IMG/VR virus record: IMGVR_UViG_2551306228_000004
Span: 1 to 64,000 of that record
DNA: 64,000 nucleotides
Direction: 5' to 3' (one strand)
DNA from: a virus
Taxonomy: Duplodnaviria; Caudoviricetes
This document shows, in pieces, positions 18,598-28,064 of the stretch. Position 1 is the first letter of the stretch, and each line of letters starts with the position of its first letter. Both the position numbers and the translations under genes were made by a program. Below the pieces are notes generated by a model that saw only the letters and a list, made by a program, of their open reading frames with translations, searched no databases and was not told the origin of the DNA.

Positions 18598-18821
18598 TTT
18601 ATATCCTCATTTCTGTAATCTGGGTGTAGTGTGGTTTCTTTACCAAAGGCTTGCTCTAGTGCTTCATGAAATGACAACTGACTAGATTGTTGCCGTTTGA
18701 TAAAGGTACTGTACATAGCTGTTTGTAGTTGATCTCGATAGTGTTCCAATTTCTCAGTCTCACGTGAGACTTTTTCTTCTTGTCTAGCTACTTTTTCAGC
18801 CAGACGTTCAATCACACTCAT
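18594..18821 (-). CDS. ICE backbone hypothetical protein
   Basis: AAGGAGG RBS, 75 aa. Confidence 0.75.
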   Translation of the reverse strand: MSVIERLAEKVARQEEKVSRETEKLEHYRDQLQTAMYSTFIKRQQSSQLSFHEALEQAFGKETTLHPDYRNEDIK

Positions 18822-18845
18822 AGGGTGTCCTCCTTGTCCCTTTCT

Positions 18846-18878
18846 AGATTATGATAGCGGACTTGATTTTGTTATCAC
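18846..18878 (-). promoter_or_regulatory. ICE promoter motif copy 2
   Basis: GTGATA-ACAAAAT-CAAG-N10-TAATCT. Confidence 0.6.
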
Positions 18879-19951
18879 AATTCCAAAGCACGCTCTCGTT
18901 TTGGTGGAGGATAATTCTTAATGGCTTGTATCTGGGCTGACTGAATAAGATTGCTTAAGGATATTTCCTTCTGTTGCTTCACAATATCATTCCAATCTGA
19001 CTTTGTTTCCAGTCCCTGCAATGGTGGTAAATCTTTGGTGATTGGAAGTCCTTTATCTGACAGTTTCTGACAAAATTCTCTTCCTGCCTCATCGTTATCA
19101 ACAGCCAATGTTAGCACGTTTGAATGAGTTTGAAAAAAGGTTGTCGTCTCTTGTATTGCCTGAAGATAATGGCTAAATCTGCTTGGTTTTACTGTATCTA
19201 GAAATTCCAATTTCCCCTGTTCCTCTGCTGCTAGACGCAAGACTTGGTAAGCAATCACTGAAAGTTTTAAGCCTTCCATTGAAATCAGGCGAACATCGGA
19301 TAATTGCTTTTGGTGAAGCTGATAATAACTCATCATATCGATAACTGATTCATAAAAAATGAGTCGCTTGGGATTACCAATATCGAAATTAATACCGACA
19401 TAGCCATGAGAGCCTTTCATGATTTTCTTCAAATAACCACGTTTGTGTCTTTCTTCATTTTTGACGAGACCTTGAAGGCTTGCGGCCTGTAAGACACCAT
19501 TATGATCATAGCTTTTAAACACTAAAACTGACTCCGCTTGATAAGTAGCTTGAGCAAGCACTCCTTGTCTGCCAAAGGAATTGATAGTCTGATTACTTAG
19601 TCCACGGATGTCTTTCAAGTAAGTACGTGCTTGCTGAAAGGGTTCTTCATGCAAATAATATTGAAACGGTTGATAAGTTTCTTCTATCAACTTAGCTTGT
19701 TCAAAATCCCCAGTTTCAAGATAGGATACAGCCTCTTTGAAAGACACTCCAGCCACCAACTGAACAAAGTCAATTACATCCCCTTGTATATCTCTTGAAA
19801 ACCATTTGAAAGTATTGGTATCCGCAAAAATCCGAAAGGAATCATGGTCTGGGTGTTCATAAATGTGTCCTGATAAACGTCTGAAGGAATAACCCAGACT
19901 TTCAGCCACATCTAAAATGGCCTTTTGTTTTACTGCTTTAATTCGTGTCAT
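18875..19951 (-). CDS. Toprim-domain primase-like protein (DUF3991)
   Basis: HDS..GDVIDFVQ N-terminus, ESVIDMMSY, AVDNDEAG, KSDWND. Confidence 0.85.
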   Translation of the reverse strand: MTRIKAVKQKAILDVAESLGYSFRRLSGHIYEHPDHDSFRIFADTNTFKWFSRDIQGDVIDFVQLVAGVSFKEAVSYLETGDFEQAKLIEETYQPFQYYLHEEPFQQARTYLKDIRGLSNQTINSFGRQGVLAQATYQAESVLVFKSYDHNGVLQAASLQGLVKNEERHKRGYLKKIMKGSHGYVGINFDIGNPKRLIFYESVIDMMSYYQLHQKQLSDVRLISMEGLKLSVIAYQVLRLAAEEQGKLEFLDTVKPSRFSHYLQAIQETTTFFQTHSNVLTLAVDNDEAGREFCQKLSDKGLPITKDLPPLQGLETKSDWNDIVKQQKEISLSNLIQSAQIQAIKNYPPPKRERALEL

Positions 19952-19993
19952 CTTGTCTCCCTATCAAAAAAAAAAGCAGAAGACTGTCTCCTG

Positions 19994-20632
19994 CTAGTTG
20001 TTCTCACTTGTTGTAGTTCCTTGGATCGTTGGTATGCTGGAATTGGCTCCATCTGTTACTTCTTTCATGTCCTCCAGTTTCCCATTCCAAATGGTCAACT
20101 GATTAACCAGGAGCTTGTCGGAAACTTTGGAGTAGGATAACATAACCGTCTTGGTTTCTGTCTGAGTGGTTCGCTGTTGTTGCTCACTCAAATCAGAAAC
20201 ATAGGTCACTTGATAGGTAACTTCCGCAAGTGCAACATTGCTTTCTGTATTGACAAAGATACTGGCTGATTCAAATCGGTAGTCAAGCATATAATCTTTA
20301 TAAACTTGATTGATCGCTTTATTCTGATTTGCTTCCTCTTCTGAAAATGCCGAGTCCGTCATGTAAGGCTTGATACGAGTGTTATTTTCTCCTAGCTGAA
20401 CCTTTGTATAATATTGTGTGAGAAATTCTTTGACAAGCTCATCTGATAGGACTGTCGCTCTTTCCTCCTGCTTTTCCTTTGTTACAAGTTTATTGGCTTC
20501 TGCTCGTATTTGGTGCTCTGTTTGCTTTGAAATGGTTTGTGAGCCAATCGTATAGCCAATCATGACCATAAAACTAACTGCGATTAAACCTCCTACTCCA
20601 ATCAGAAATCGAGCTTTCACTTTATTTAACAT
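19994..20632 (-). CDS. Membrane-anchored conjugation protein (the 'PPI' gene), intact copy A
   Basis: N-terminal TM, EFLTQYY VirB8/TcpC-like helix; paralog at 36618-37232. Confidence 0.75.
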   Translation of the reverse strand: MLNKVKARFLIGVGGLIAVSFMVMIGYTIGSQTISKQTEHQIRAEANKLVTKEKQEERATVLSDELVKEFLTQYYTKVQLGENNTRIKPYMTDSAFSEEEANQNKAINQVYKDYMLDYRFESASIFVNTESNVALAEVTYQVTYVSDLSEQQQRTTQTETKTVMLSYSKVSDKLLVNQLTIWNGKLEDMKEVTDGANSSIPTIQGTTTSENN

Positions 20633-20660
20633 GGCTTACTCCTTTATTAGTGATAATCAC

Positions 20661-20693
20661 ATCATATCAAGATTAGCTTGGAGATTTTATCAC
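20661..20693 (-). promoter_or_regulatory. ICE promoter motif copy 3
   Basis: GTGATA-AAATCTC-CAAG-N10-TATGAT. Confidence 0.6.
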
Positions 20694-20726
20694 AAATATT
20701 GTGAATGTATAAAACATCATAGAAAA

Positions 20727-20767
20727 ACGCATAAAATAATATTTCAACAAACATTATTTTATGCGTA
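20727..20767 (-). terminator. Terminator hairpin of the AT-rich cassette
   Basis: ACGCATAAAATAAT...ATTATTTTATGCGT. Confidence 0.65.
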
Positions 20768-20790
20768 ATATTATTTGAAAAACTTCAGGT

Positions 20791-21339
20791 TTATTCTATT
20801 GCATCATAATTTTTAAAATCTATATTATTTTTAAACATGACGCAAATAACTACAAAATAAATACAATATAAATAATTAATAAGATATTGATTCTCACGAA
20901 TAAATAGTAACAAAGAAAAAATAAAATAATACACATCATCACTATTTAAAAAGCTAGGTACTAATATATTTACATTCGAACTTAAATTATTAATAATATT
21001 TTGTAATAATTTGAAGACATTTGTAAACGATGAAAGTAATAAAAATGAAAAAATTTTATTGTCATTCACAAATTGAAAAACGTCTCGAAAATAATATTGC
21101 AAATTTGTAAGTCTTGATTTTTCATGAAAATTATTAAACAAAGAGACCATTTTACTATTTTTAAAATTTGAATATTTATGCAAAAACAATAAAAGTATAA
21201 TAGACTCTATAAAAATTAACAATTGATAGCTAATTCCAGTTGGAATAAATATTTGATCAAACAAAAACTTTAAAATACTAAGAAGTACAATATAACGTAT
21301 CGTAAACATATCATTTTTAGTATTTTGCATAGAAATCAA
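20791..21339 (-). CDS. AT-rich multi-TM hypothetical protein
   Basis: 182-aa hydrophobic ORF, GGAGG RBS, TATAAT upstream, own terminator; absent from duplication copy B. Confidence 0.6.
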   Translation of the reverse strand: MISMQNTKNDMFTIRYIVLLSILKFLFDQIFIPTGISYQLLIFIESIILLLFLHKYSNFKNSKMVSLFNNFHEKSRLTNLQYYFRDVFQFVNDNKIFSFLLLSSFTNVFKLLQNIINNLSSNVNILVPSFLNSDDVYYFIFSLLLFIRENQYLINYLYCIYFVVICVMFKNNIDFKNYDAIE

Positions 21340-21431
21340 AACCTCCGATTTAATAAAAAATACCGAGAAAATTCTTCACAATTATTATAGATTTAATGTC
21401 CAAACTTGTTTAGTACTCCACACCCTAAAAA

Positions 21432-21617
21432 TTATACCATAAAATAGTATCGTTCTGTGAAAAATAGGTAAATTCCATAGATTTCTATAAAGACTAATCC
21501 ACTGATGAGTCCGATAAGAAACAAAGCAGCTGAAACTTTCACAATCCGATATAGGACAAACAACATCAGTCCTATTGCTGCGATAATCAAAAGGCTTTGT
21601 AGAATTTGCTCCAACAT
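21432..21617 (-). pseudogene. 3'-truncated copy of the 96-aa membrane protein (37327-37617)
   Basis: Near-identical through ...FFTER then diverges and stops at 61 aa. Confidence 0.8.
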
Positions 21618-21630
21618 CTTACACCTATTT

Positions 21631-21930
21631 CTAGGCTAATTGCTTGCGATAGTAGTCAGCCTGTCTCTTGTCTAAATCATCAAGTTGGGCAACCAAATCA
21701 AGGTATTCCGTCTTCGTCACCTCATCTAAGTTTGAAAAATCATTCTCACGACTTGTTATGATGAGTTCCAGCTGTCCTGTAATTTCACGCTTAGAAAAAC
21801 TGTAATCAAAGGTCTCATCTTCATACTGTTCCTTTAAAGTTTGGTAGTTTGCCCTAACTTCTGGACTTGTATAGCCTTGTGTCAACCATTCTTCTAGTTG
21901 ATAACGCATTTCTTCTTGTGTTTGGGTCAT
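21631..21930 (-). CDS. ICE backbone hypothetical protein, copy A
   Basis: 99 aa, paralog of 37631-37930. Confidence 0.8.
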   Translation of the reverse strand: MTQTQEEMRYQLEEWLTQGYTSPEVRANYQTLKEQYEDETFDYSFSKREITGQLELIITSRENDFSNLDEVTKTEYLDLVAQLDDLDKRQADYYRKQLA

Positions 21931-22000
21931 GATCTATTCTCCTTTTGTGATTTCTTGACTTCATTTTACCGCGTTCAAAAATATTTGTCAGCCATTTTTC

Positions 22001-22954
22001 TTATATCTCGAGTACTACTTGTTGCTTCATTTGGGGTGTTGTATCTTCACTAAACTTGGCCAAAGCCGCATCAATCTCCTCTATCTCTGCTTCTTTTTCA
22101 ACCAAGGGAGCCAAAACATCATACTTAGCCATTACAAGCTGATATTCCTCTTCCTTGGGAAAGATTTTCTCAACTTCTACTTTGGCTACTTGTAGCTTAT
22201 CTTTTAAATCCTTTACCAGCTCTTGCGTCTTTTCTTGGTCATCAATAATATGGTCAATGGCATTACTAATCCGTTGAATGGTTCCCACGTCTGATTTCAA
22301 ATCAAGGGAGACAGTATACTGGTTATCACCTACAATCATTAAAGAAATGGTTTCTGGTAAGGGCTCACTAGGACCTCGTGTAGTCATTTTTAAATCAAAT
22401 CCTCTAAAGCTGGCAAGTGTTTTGACTTCCTTGGTCTCTGAGCGGTTATAGGTAATGAGTTTTCGCAGATAGTCCCCAGCTTCAGCACGATTATCCATTG
22501 CTTGATTATCAAATCGCATGACAAAATCTTGCGACTTTGTTGCCAAGGATTGGGCAATATCTTTATCATATTGACTCAACCGTTTTTCCATAATAGGGAG
22601 GTGCTTCTCGCAATAGGAAATTGTGTGGCGATATGCATCTTTTGAGCGATTAAAAGCTCGTTTTTGATTTTCTAAAACTGTCAGTTCATTTTCCAATTCC
22701 ATTTTGAGCTTAAGGTAGGGATTACCAGTAGCTAAAGCCTTAAAGTCTGAGGCGGTCATGGTTTGTTCATCAATGTCTTCAGCTGATCTCACAGGATCTT
22801 TTGAGGTCATTATCTGCGTAATGTATTTGAGCTTATTCTCCTGTGTCTGCCAGAGATAATTGTCGAAGCTCCCTTTTGTAATATAGTGAAAAATATCTAC
22901 TTCCTGGTGCATATTTCCCTGACGAATCAATCTACCATTTCGCTGGACAATATC
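22001..22954 (-). pseudogene. 3' fragment of SNF2 helicase gene, cut at the IME att site
   Basis: Near-identical to the C-terminus of 38001-39374; homology stops at CAATATC 22954. Confidence 0.9.
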
Positions 22955-24647
22955 AGTCGGTCATTTTTTGCGGACAGTTCATACATGCTATCCTTTTCTG
23001 TTCTCTGCTCCTGCGTTTGCTCTCGTTTGATTTCTCCCTCCGTATCTTCTTGGCACAAGCAGGACAATACCTTGATGCACCAGAGCCCGGGACATATTCA
23101 ACGCCGCACACCGTACAATTTTTAGCGGGCATTGCTGCCCACCGTTTTGTAGGTATGATATGTAATTCATCGACAAAGCCGATGAATTTATAGTAAATCT
23201 TGATTTCCTGCTTCACTGTTCCGTCTGCCATCTTCTCACGCTCCGAAACAAGTATCTTGTCTATGAGTGCGTTTATAACTGTTGCATCCAGTTCTTTTAA
23301 GCCTTGATAATTTCGGATAAGGGCGAGGAAGTCACGGATTCCCCGTGATTTCTCGTAGCTTTCATTAAGAGTTTCCGTCACCTCTTTCAGCCTTGCTTCA
23401 ATTTCAAGCTGCTCTTTCTGGTATTTCCCCGACATCATCTCAAAATTCCGCTCGGTAATACGCTCCATGACCTTATCCTCGTAGAGAGAGGAAAACAGCC
23501 TGTCCAGTTCCGCAAGGCGTTTGTTCAGCTTCTTACGTTCTTTCTCTAATGCTTTCGCCCTGCTCTGGTCTGTTTCCGTGAGCCGCTTTTCTATGGCCCT
23601 GACCGCCTTTTCATCATTCACTGCCATATCCGCAAAACAGTTGATGTCGGCAAGAACGGCATTGAATAAATCCCTTGCTTCTATATTGTGGGCACTACAC
23701 TCGCTTCTTCCGTTTCTTGCATAATTATTACATGAATACTGTACACAGTCGATAATCTCTGGGCGTTTCCTCCTGTGTACGTTCATTGCCCGCAGAGCAC
23801 ATCCGCAGTCCACACACTTGATAACGCCTGCAAAAATATTTACAAATCCTCCCTTGTTCTGTGGAAGCCTACGACTTGTAATAAGCTGTTGGACAATATC
23901 AAATTCCTCCTGCGTGACTATTCCCTCATGGGTATTGGGTATCACTTCCCATTCTTCGGGCAGCTTAGAGGGGCGTTTCTTGCTTTTCATATTGGCGGCA
24001 ATCCGTTTGTAGCCTACAAGATTTCCCGCATATATCGGGCTTCTTAAAATGCTCCTCACGCTGTTCCCACTCCAAATATAGCGTTTGTCCTCGTTCCCCT
24101 CAAAATGACGTTCAAAGCCTGTTTCGCCACGCTCCGCCGCATAAGCGGCAGGGCGTAGGATATGCTGTTTATTAAGATGTCTGCAAATTTTGGCAACTCC
24201 ATTCCCTTTTAATGCAAGGTCGAATATCTCTTTTACAACATGTGCCACTTTATCATCTATCAGCAGATGGTTGTGGTCGGCAGGGTCTTTGATATAGCCA
24301 TAAGGGGCGGTAGTTCCCATGAATTTCCCCTGTTGAAACCTCGCCCGATATGCCGATTTTATCTTAACAGATATGTCAGCGGCATACATTTCGTTTAAAA
24401 TGTTGCGGAAAGGCGTGATGTCCATAGCAGATTTATTCAAGGTATCTACGCCGTCATTGACCGCTATATACCTCACGTTATGCTCTGGGAAGAAAACTTC
24501 CAGATATAACCCACAATCAAGATAGTTTCTCCCCAGACGGGATAAATCTTTCGTAATCACGCAGTTTATCAGACCGCTTTCAATGTCTTTTATCATATTC
24601 TGGAAACTTGGTCTTTGGAAATTTGTACCAGAATAACCATCGTCCAC
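22953..24647 (-). pseudogene. IME serine recombinase, 3' part (lacks catalytic Ser)
   Basis: Starts at VDDGYSG; KDLSRLGRN, recombinase and zinc-ribbon domains; 5' part at 27310-27471. Confidence 0.9.
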
Positions 24648-24654
24648 ATATATT

Positions 24655-24717
24655 AATCACAAATCACTTATCACAAATCACAAGTGATTAATCACAAATC
24701 ACTTGTGATTTGTGATT
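24655..24717. repeat. Omega-binding WATCACW heptads (parS / P-delta)
   Basis: Tandem direct and inverted AATCACA/AATCACT units. Confidence 0.88.
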
Positions 24718-24721
24718 CCTA

Positions 24722-25618
24722 ATGATACAATATTACTATACAAAAAAAGAATGGGGCGTAGTTATGGAGAAGGAAGAACTCAAAATACTTGAAGAATTAA
24801 GACGTATTTTAAACAGTAAAAATGAAGCGATTGTTATCTTAAACAATTATTTTAAAGGTGGTGTTGGAAAGTCAAAATTATCGACTATGTTTGCTTACTT
24901 GACAGACAAATTTAATTTAAAAGTTTTAATGATCGATAAGGACTTACAAGCAACATTGACAAAAGACTTAGCAAAAACATTTAAGGTAGAATTGCCACGT
25001 GTTAATTTTTATGAAGGACTGAAAAATGGAAACTTGGCTTCTTCTATTGTTCATTTGACTGATAATTTAGACTTGATCCCTGGCACGTTTGATTTGATGT
25101 TACTGCCAAAATTAACTCGCTCATGGACTTTTGAAAATGAAAGTAGATTGCTTGCTACTCTTTTAGCACCTTTAAAAAGTGACTATGATCTCATTATTAT
25201 TGATACTGTACCAACGCCAAGCGTTTATACAAATAATGCAATCGTGGCAAGTGATTACGTCATGATCCCTTTACAAGCAGAAGAAGAAAGTACAAACAAC
25301 ATTCAAAACTATATTTCCTATTTGATTGATTTACAAGAACAGTTTAACCCTGGACTAGATATGATCGGTTTTGTTCCTTATTTAGTTGATACGGACAGCA
25401 CAACGATAAAATCAAACCTGGAAGAACTGTACAAGCAACATAAAGAAGATAACTTGGTTTTCCAAAATATTATCAAGCGAAGTAATAAAGTAAGTACCTG
25501 GTCTAAAAACGGCATTACAGAACACAAAGGCTATGACAAAAAAGTTTTATCTATGTATGAGAACGTATTTTTTGAAATGCTTGAGCGAATCATTCAATTA
25601 GAAAACGAAAAAGAATAG
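24722..25618 (+). CDS. delta: Delta (ParA-type partition ATPase of pSM19035-like plasmids)
   Basis: FKGGVGKS deviant Walker A, IIIDTVP; 298 aa. Confidence 0.92.
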   Translation: MIQYYYTKKEWGVVMEKEELKILEELRRILNSKNEAIVILNNYFKGGVGKSKLSTMFAYLTDKFNLKVLMIDKDLQATLTKDLAKTFKVELPRVNFYEGLKNGNLASSIVHLTDNLDLIPGTFDLMLLPKLTRSWTFENESRLLATLLAPLKSDYDLIIIDTVPTPSVYTNNAIVASDYVMIPLQAEEESTNNIQNYISYLIDLQEQFNPGLDMIGFVPYLVDTDSTTIKSNLEELYKQHKEDNLVFQNIIKRSNKVSTWSKNGITEHKGYDKKVLSMYENVFFEMLERIIQLENEKE

Positions 25619-25646
25619 AATCACAAATCACTTGTGATTTGTGATT
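25619..25646. repeat. Omega-binding heptads at P-omega
   Basis: AATCACA-AATCACT-TGTGATT-TGTGATT. Confidence 0.85.
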
Positions 25647-25688
25647 GTTGATGATAAAATAAGAGTAAGAAGAAATAGAAAGAAGTGA

Positions 25689-25904
25689 GTGGTTGTGGGA
25701 AATTTAGGCGCACAAAAAGCAAAACGAAATGATACACCAATCAGTGCAAAAAAAGATATTATGGGGGATAAGACGGTTCGTGTTCGTGCTGACTTGCACC
25801 ATATTATAAAAATCGAAACAGCAAAGAATGGCGGAAACGTAAAAGAAGTTATGGATAAAGCCTTAGAAGAATATATTCGGAAATATTTACCTGACAAACT
25901 TTAA
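25689..25904 (+). CDS. omega: Omega repressor (ribbon-helix-helix)
   Basis: 71 aa, ...DIMGDKTVRVRADLHHIIKIETAKNGGNVKEVMD... Confidence 0.93.
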   Translation: MVVGNLGAQKAKRNDTPISAKKDIMGDKTVRVRADLHHIIKIETAKNGGNVKEVMDKALEEYIRKYLPDKL

Positions 25905-25920
25905 AAGGAGTGAAAATGAA

Positions 25921-26085
25921 ATGGCAGTTACTTATGAAAAAACATTTGAAATAGAGATCATTAACGAATTATCGGCAAGCGTTTATAATCGAGTATTAAA
26001 CTATGTTTTGAATCATGAATTAAATAAAAATGACTCTCAATTATTGGAAGTCAATTTATTAAACCAATTAAAGCTTAGATGCTAA
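25921..26085 (+). pseudogene. epsilon: Truncated epsilon antitoxin (zeta absent)
   Basis: MAVTYEKTFEIEIINELSASVYNRVLNYVLNHELNKNDSQLLEVNLLNQLKL then RC-stop. Confidence 0.88.
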
Positions 26086-26113
26086 AAATTTGTAATTAAG
26101 AAGGAGTGATTAA

Positions 26114-26851
26114 ATGAACAAAAATATAAAATATTCTCAAAACTTTTTAACGAGTGAAAAAGTACTCAACCAAATAATAAAACAATTGAATTTAAAAGAA
26201 ACCGATACCGTTTACGAAATTGGAACAGGTAAAGGGCATTTAACGACGAAACTGGCTAAAATAAGTAAACAGGTAACGTCTATTGAATTAGACAGTCATC
26301 TATTCAACTTATCGTCAGAAAAATTAAAACTGAATACTCGTGTCACTTTAATTCACCAAGATATTCTACAGTTTCAATTCCCTAACAAACAGAGGTATAA
26401 AATTGTTGGGAATATTCCTTACCATTTAAGCACACAAATTATTAAAAAAGTGGTTTTTGAAAGCCATGCGTCTGACATCTATCTGATTGTTGAAGAAGGA
26501 TTCTACAAGCGTACCTTGGATATTCACCGAACACTAGGGTTGCTCTTGCACACTCAAGTCTCGATTCAGCAATTGCTTAAGCTGCCAGCGGAATGCTTTC
26601 ATCCTAAACCAAAAGTAAACAGTGTCTTAATAAAACTTACCCGCCATACCACAGATGTTCCAGATAAATATTGGAAGCTATATACGTACTTTGTTTCAAA
26701 ATGGGTCAATCGAGAATATCGTCAACTGTTTACTAAAAATCAGTTTCATCAAGCAATGAAACACGCCAAAGTAAACAATTTAAGTACCGTTACTTATGAG
26801 CAAGTATTGTCTATTTTTAATAGTTATCTATTATTTAACGGGAGGAAATAA
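26114..26851 (+). CDS. erm(B): 23S rRNA adenine N6-methyltransferase Erm(B)
   Basis: [20 protein letters not shown]...; 245 aa; EIGTGKG, NIPY motifs. Confidence 0.99.
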   Translation: MNKNIKYSQNFLTSEKVLNQIIKQLNLKETDTVYEIGTGKGHLTTKLAKISKQVTSIELDSHLFNLSSEKLKLNTRVTLIHQDILQFQFPNKQRYKIVGNIPYHLSTQIIKKVVFESHASDIYLIVEEGFYKRTLDIHRTLGLLLHTQVSIQQLLKLPAECFHPKPKVNSVLIKLTRHTTDVPDKYWKLYTYFVSKWVNREYRQLFTKNQFHQAMKHAKVNNLSTVTYEQVLSIFNSYLLFNGRK

Positions 26852-26855
26852 TTCT

Positions 26856-26987
26856 ATGAGTCGCTTTTGTAAATTTGGAAAGTTACACGTTACTAAAGGG
26901 AATGTAGATAAATTATTAGGTATACTACTGACAGCTTCCAAGGAGCTAAAGAGGTCCCTAGCGCCTACGGGGAATTTGTATCGATAA
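26856..26987 (+). CDS. erm(B)-associated orf3 (43 aa)
   Basis: GGAGG RBS; MSRFCKFGKLHVTKGNVDK..., the usual ORF after erm(B). Confidence 0.6.
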   Translation: MSRFCKFGKLHVTKGNVDKLLGILLTASKELKRSLAPTGNLYR

Positions 26988-27021
26988 GGGGTACAAATTC
27001 CCACTAAGCGCTCGGGACCCC
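26951..27021. repeat. Abutting Tn917-type terminal inverted repeats
   Basis: GAGGTCCCTAGCGCCTACGGGGAATTTGTA ... TACAAATTCCCACTAAGCGCTCGGGACCCC. Confidence 0.7.
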
Positions 27022-27281
27022 TTGTAGGAAAATGTCCTAAGTGTGGCAACAATATTGTATTAAAAAAATCGTTTTATGGTTGTTCAAATTATCCTGAATG
27101 TACCTTCACTTTAGCTGAACATTTTAGAAAGAAAAAACTCACCAAAACAAATGTAAAAGAATTACTAGAGGGAAAAGAAACCCTGGTAAAAGGAATCAAA
27201 ACGAAAGATAGAAAGTCCTACAATGCCGTTGTAAAAATCGGAGAAAAGGGATATATTGATTTTATATCTTTCTCAAAATAA
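27022..27281 (+). pseudogene. 3' fragment of type IA topoisomerase (gamma)
   Basis: VGKCPKCGNNIVLKKSFYGCSNYPECTF...GYIDFISFSK-stop zinc ribbon. Confidence 0.8.
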
Positions 27282-27284
27282 ACA

Positions 27285-27311
27285 TAAAAGCCCTTTAAAG
27301 AGGGCTTTTAT
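27285..27311 (+). terminator. Terminator hairpin at the insertion end
   Basis: ATAAAAGCCCT-ttaaag-AGGGCTTTTAT. Confidence 0.75.
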
Positions 27312-27471
27312 ACGTTTTTGCTATGTGCCATCCCTGCTTTTTCACATAATCCGTGAGGATGGATTTCTGTGTCGCAATGCTCGCACTCTCGTTATCCGTA
27401 CCATCGTCTTTAGATAAGCGGCAATAAATGCCGACTAAATAGATTTTCTTTTCTTCTTTGATTCCTGCCAT
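27310..27471 (-). pseudogene. IME serine recombinase, 5' part
   Basis: GGAGG RBS; MAGIKEEKKIYLVGIYCRLSKDDG...KTY containing the YCRLS catalytic Ser. Confidence 0.9.
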
Positions 27472-27525
27472 ACTGTAAAACCTCCGTATCTGTCCTATCT
27501 GTTTTCATGTCCCATTGCGTACATT

Positions 27526-27717
27526 CTAAGCGGACAGCCCCTCATTGTCGAAGGTGTCGCCCTCGGCAATCTTCTTCCGAATATCCTCGGAGATAATCGG
27601 GACAAACGCTTCTGTAACGGTCTGTGTGCCGACATATTCACGGCTGATTATCATCTGCACTGGTGCTTTTGGCACGATACGCTTTCTCTTTTTATCTGCT
27701 TTCTTATCCTCGCCCAT
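27526..27717 (-). CDS. Small IME protein upstream of the recombinase
   Basis: AAGGAAG RBS; MGEDKKADK... Confidence 0.6.
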   Translation of the reverse strand: MGEDKKADKKRKRIVPKAPVQMIISREYVGTQTVTEAFVPIISEDIRKKIAEGDTFDNEGLSA

Positions 27718-27788
27718 ACTTAAATCTTCCTTTCCAGACAGGGCAGGGAAGAGTTTGGAAATGTCCCCGCCCTGCCAATCAGATACCA

Positions 27789-28019
27789 TTAATCCTCGCT
27801 GTTTAATTCTTTCTGTAATGCTTTAAGGAGTGCCGCCGCTTCATCAGCGTTCAGCGTGATTCCCTTGCCGCACTTTTCACGGTTCGGGGAAAAGCTGCGG
27901 ATGTCATACTTCGGCTCTTTCCCATTCCATGAAATGAGATTGATTTCCTTTGTGTAGCCACTGTCGCCCGTAGACAATACTGCGATTTCCTTTACGATTT
28001 CATACTGGATTTCTCTCAT
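27789..28019 (-). CDS. YdbC/PC4-like ssDNA-binding protein
   Basis: KEINLISWNGKEPKYDIRSF...GKGITL. Confidence 0.85.
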   Translation of the reverse strand: MREIQYEIVKEIAVLSTGDSGYTKEINLISWNGKEPKYDIRSFSPNREKCGKGITLNADEAAALLKALQKELNSED

Positions 28020-28064
28020 TCTCCATACCTCAACTCTCTGTATTTACTTCCCGAAAAAAGAAGA

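Larger units (their letters stand above)
20018..22954. repeat. Backbone duplication copy A (PPI - small genes - SNF2 3' end)
   Basis: 20018-20694 matches 36618-37294 (offset 16600) and about 21447-22954 matches 37447-38954 (offset 16000) with scattered substitutions. Confidence 0.92.
24648..27312 (+). mobile_element. Inc18 plasmid-derived delta-omega-epsilon'-erm(B)-orf3-gamma' insertion with no transposase
   Basis: Flanked by ATA direct repeats (24648-50, 27310-12); removal restores recombinase KTY-VDDGYSG in frame. Confidence 0.88.

Noticed and set aside
22953-24647. Functional 564-aa recombinase
   Set aside because: No RBS and the catalytic YCRLS segment is stranded at 27310-27471
24655-24717. 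Short tandem repeats resembling a CRISPR or novel array
   Set aside because: 7-bp contiguous WATCACW units without spacers; known omega-binding heptads, and no cas genes
25689-26085. omega-epsilon-zeta toxin-antitoxin system
   Set aside because: epsilon is truncated and zeta is absent
26951-27021. Active Tn917 or MITE as the cause of the erm(B) insertion
   Set aside because: The repeats are internal to the insert, not at its ends, and no transposase or resolvase is present
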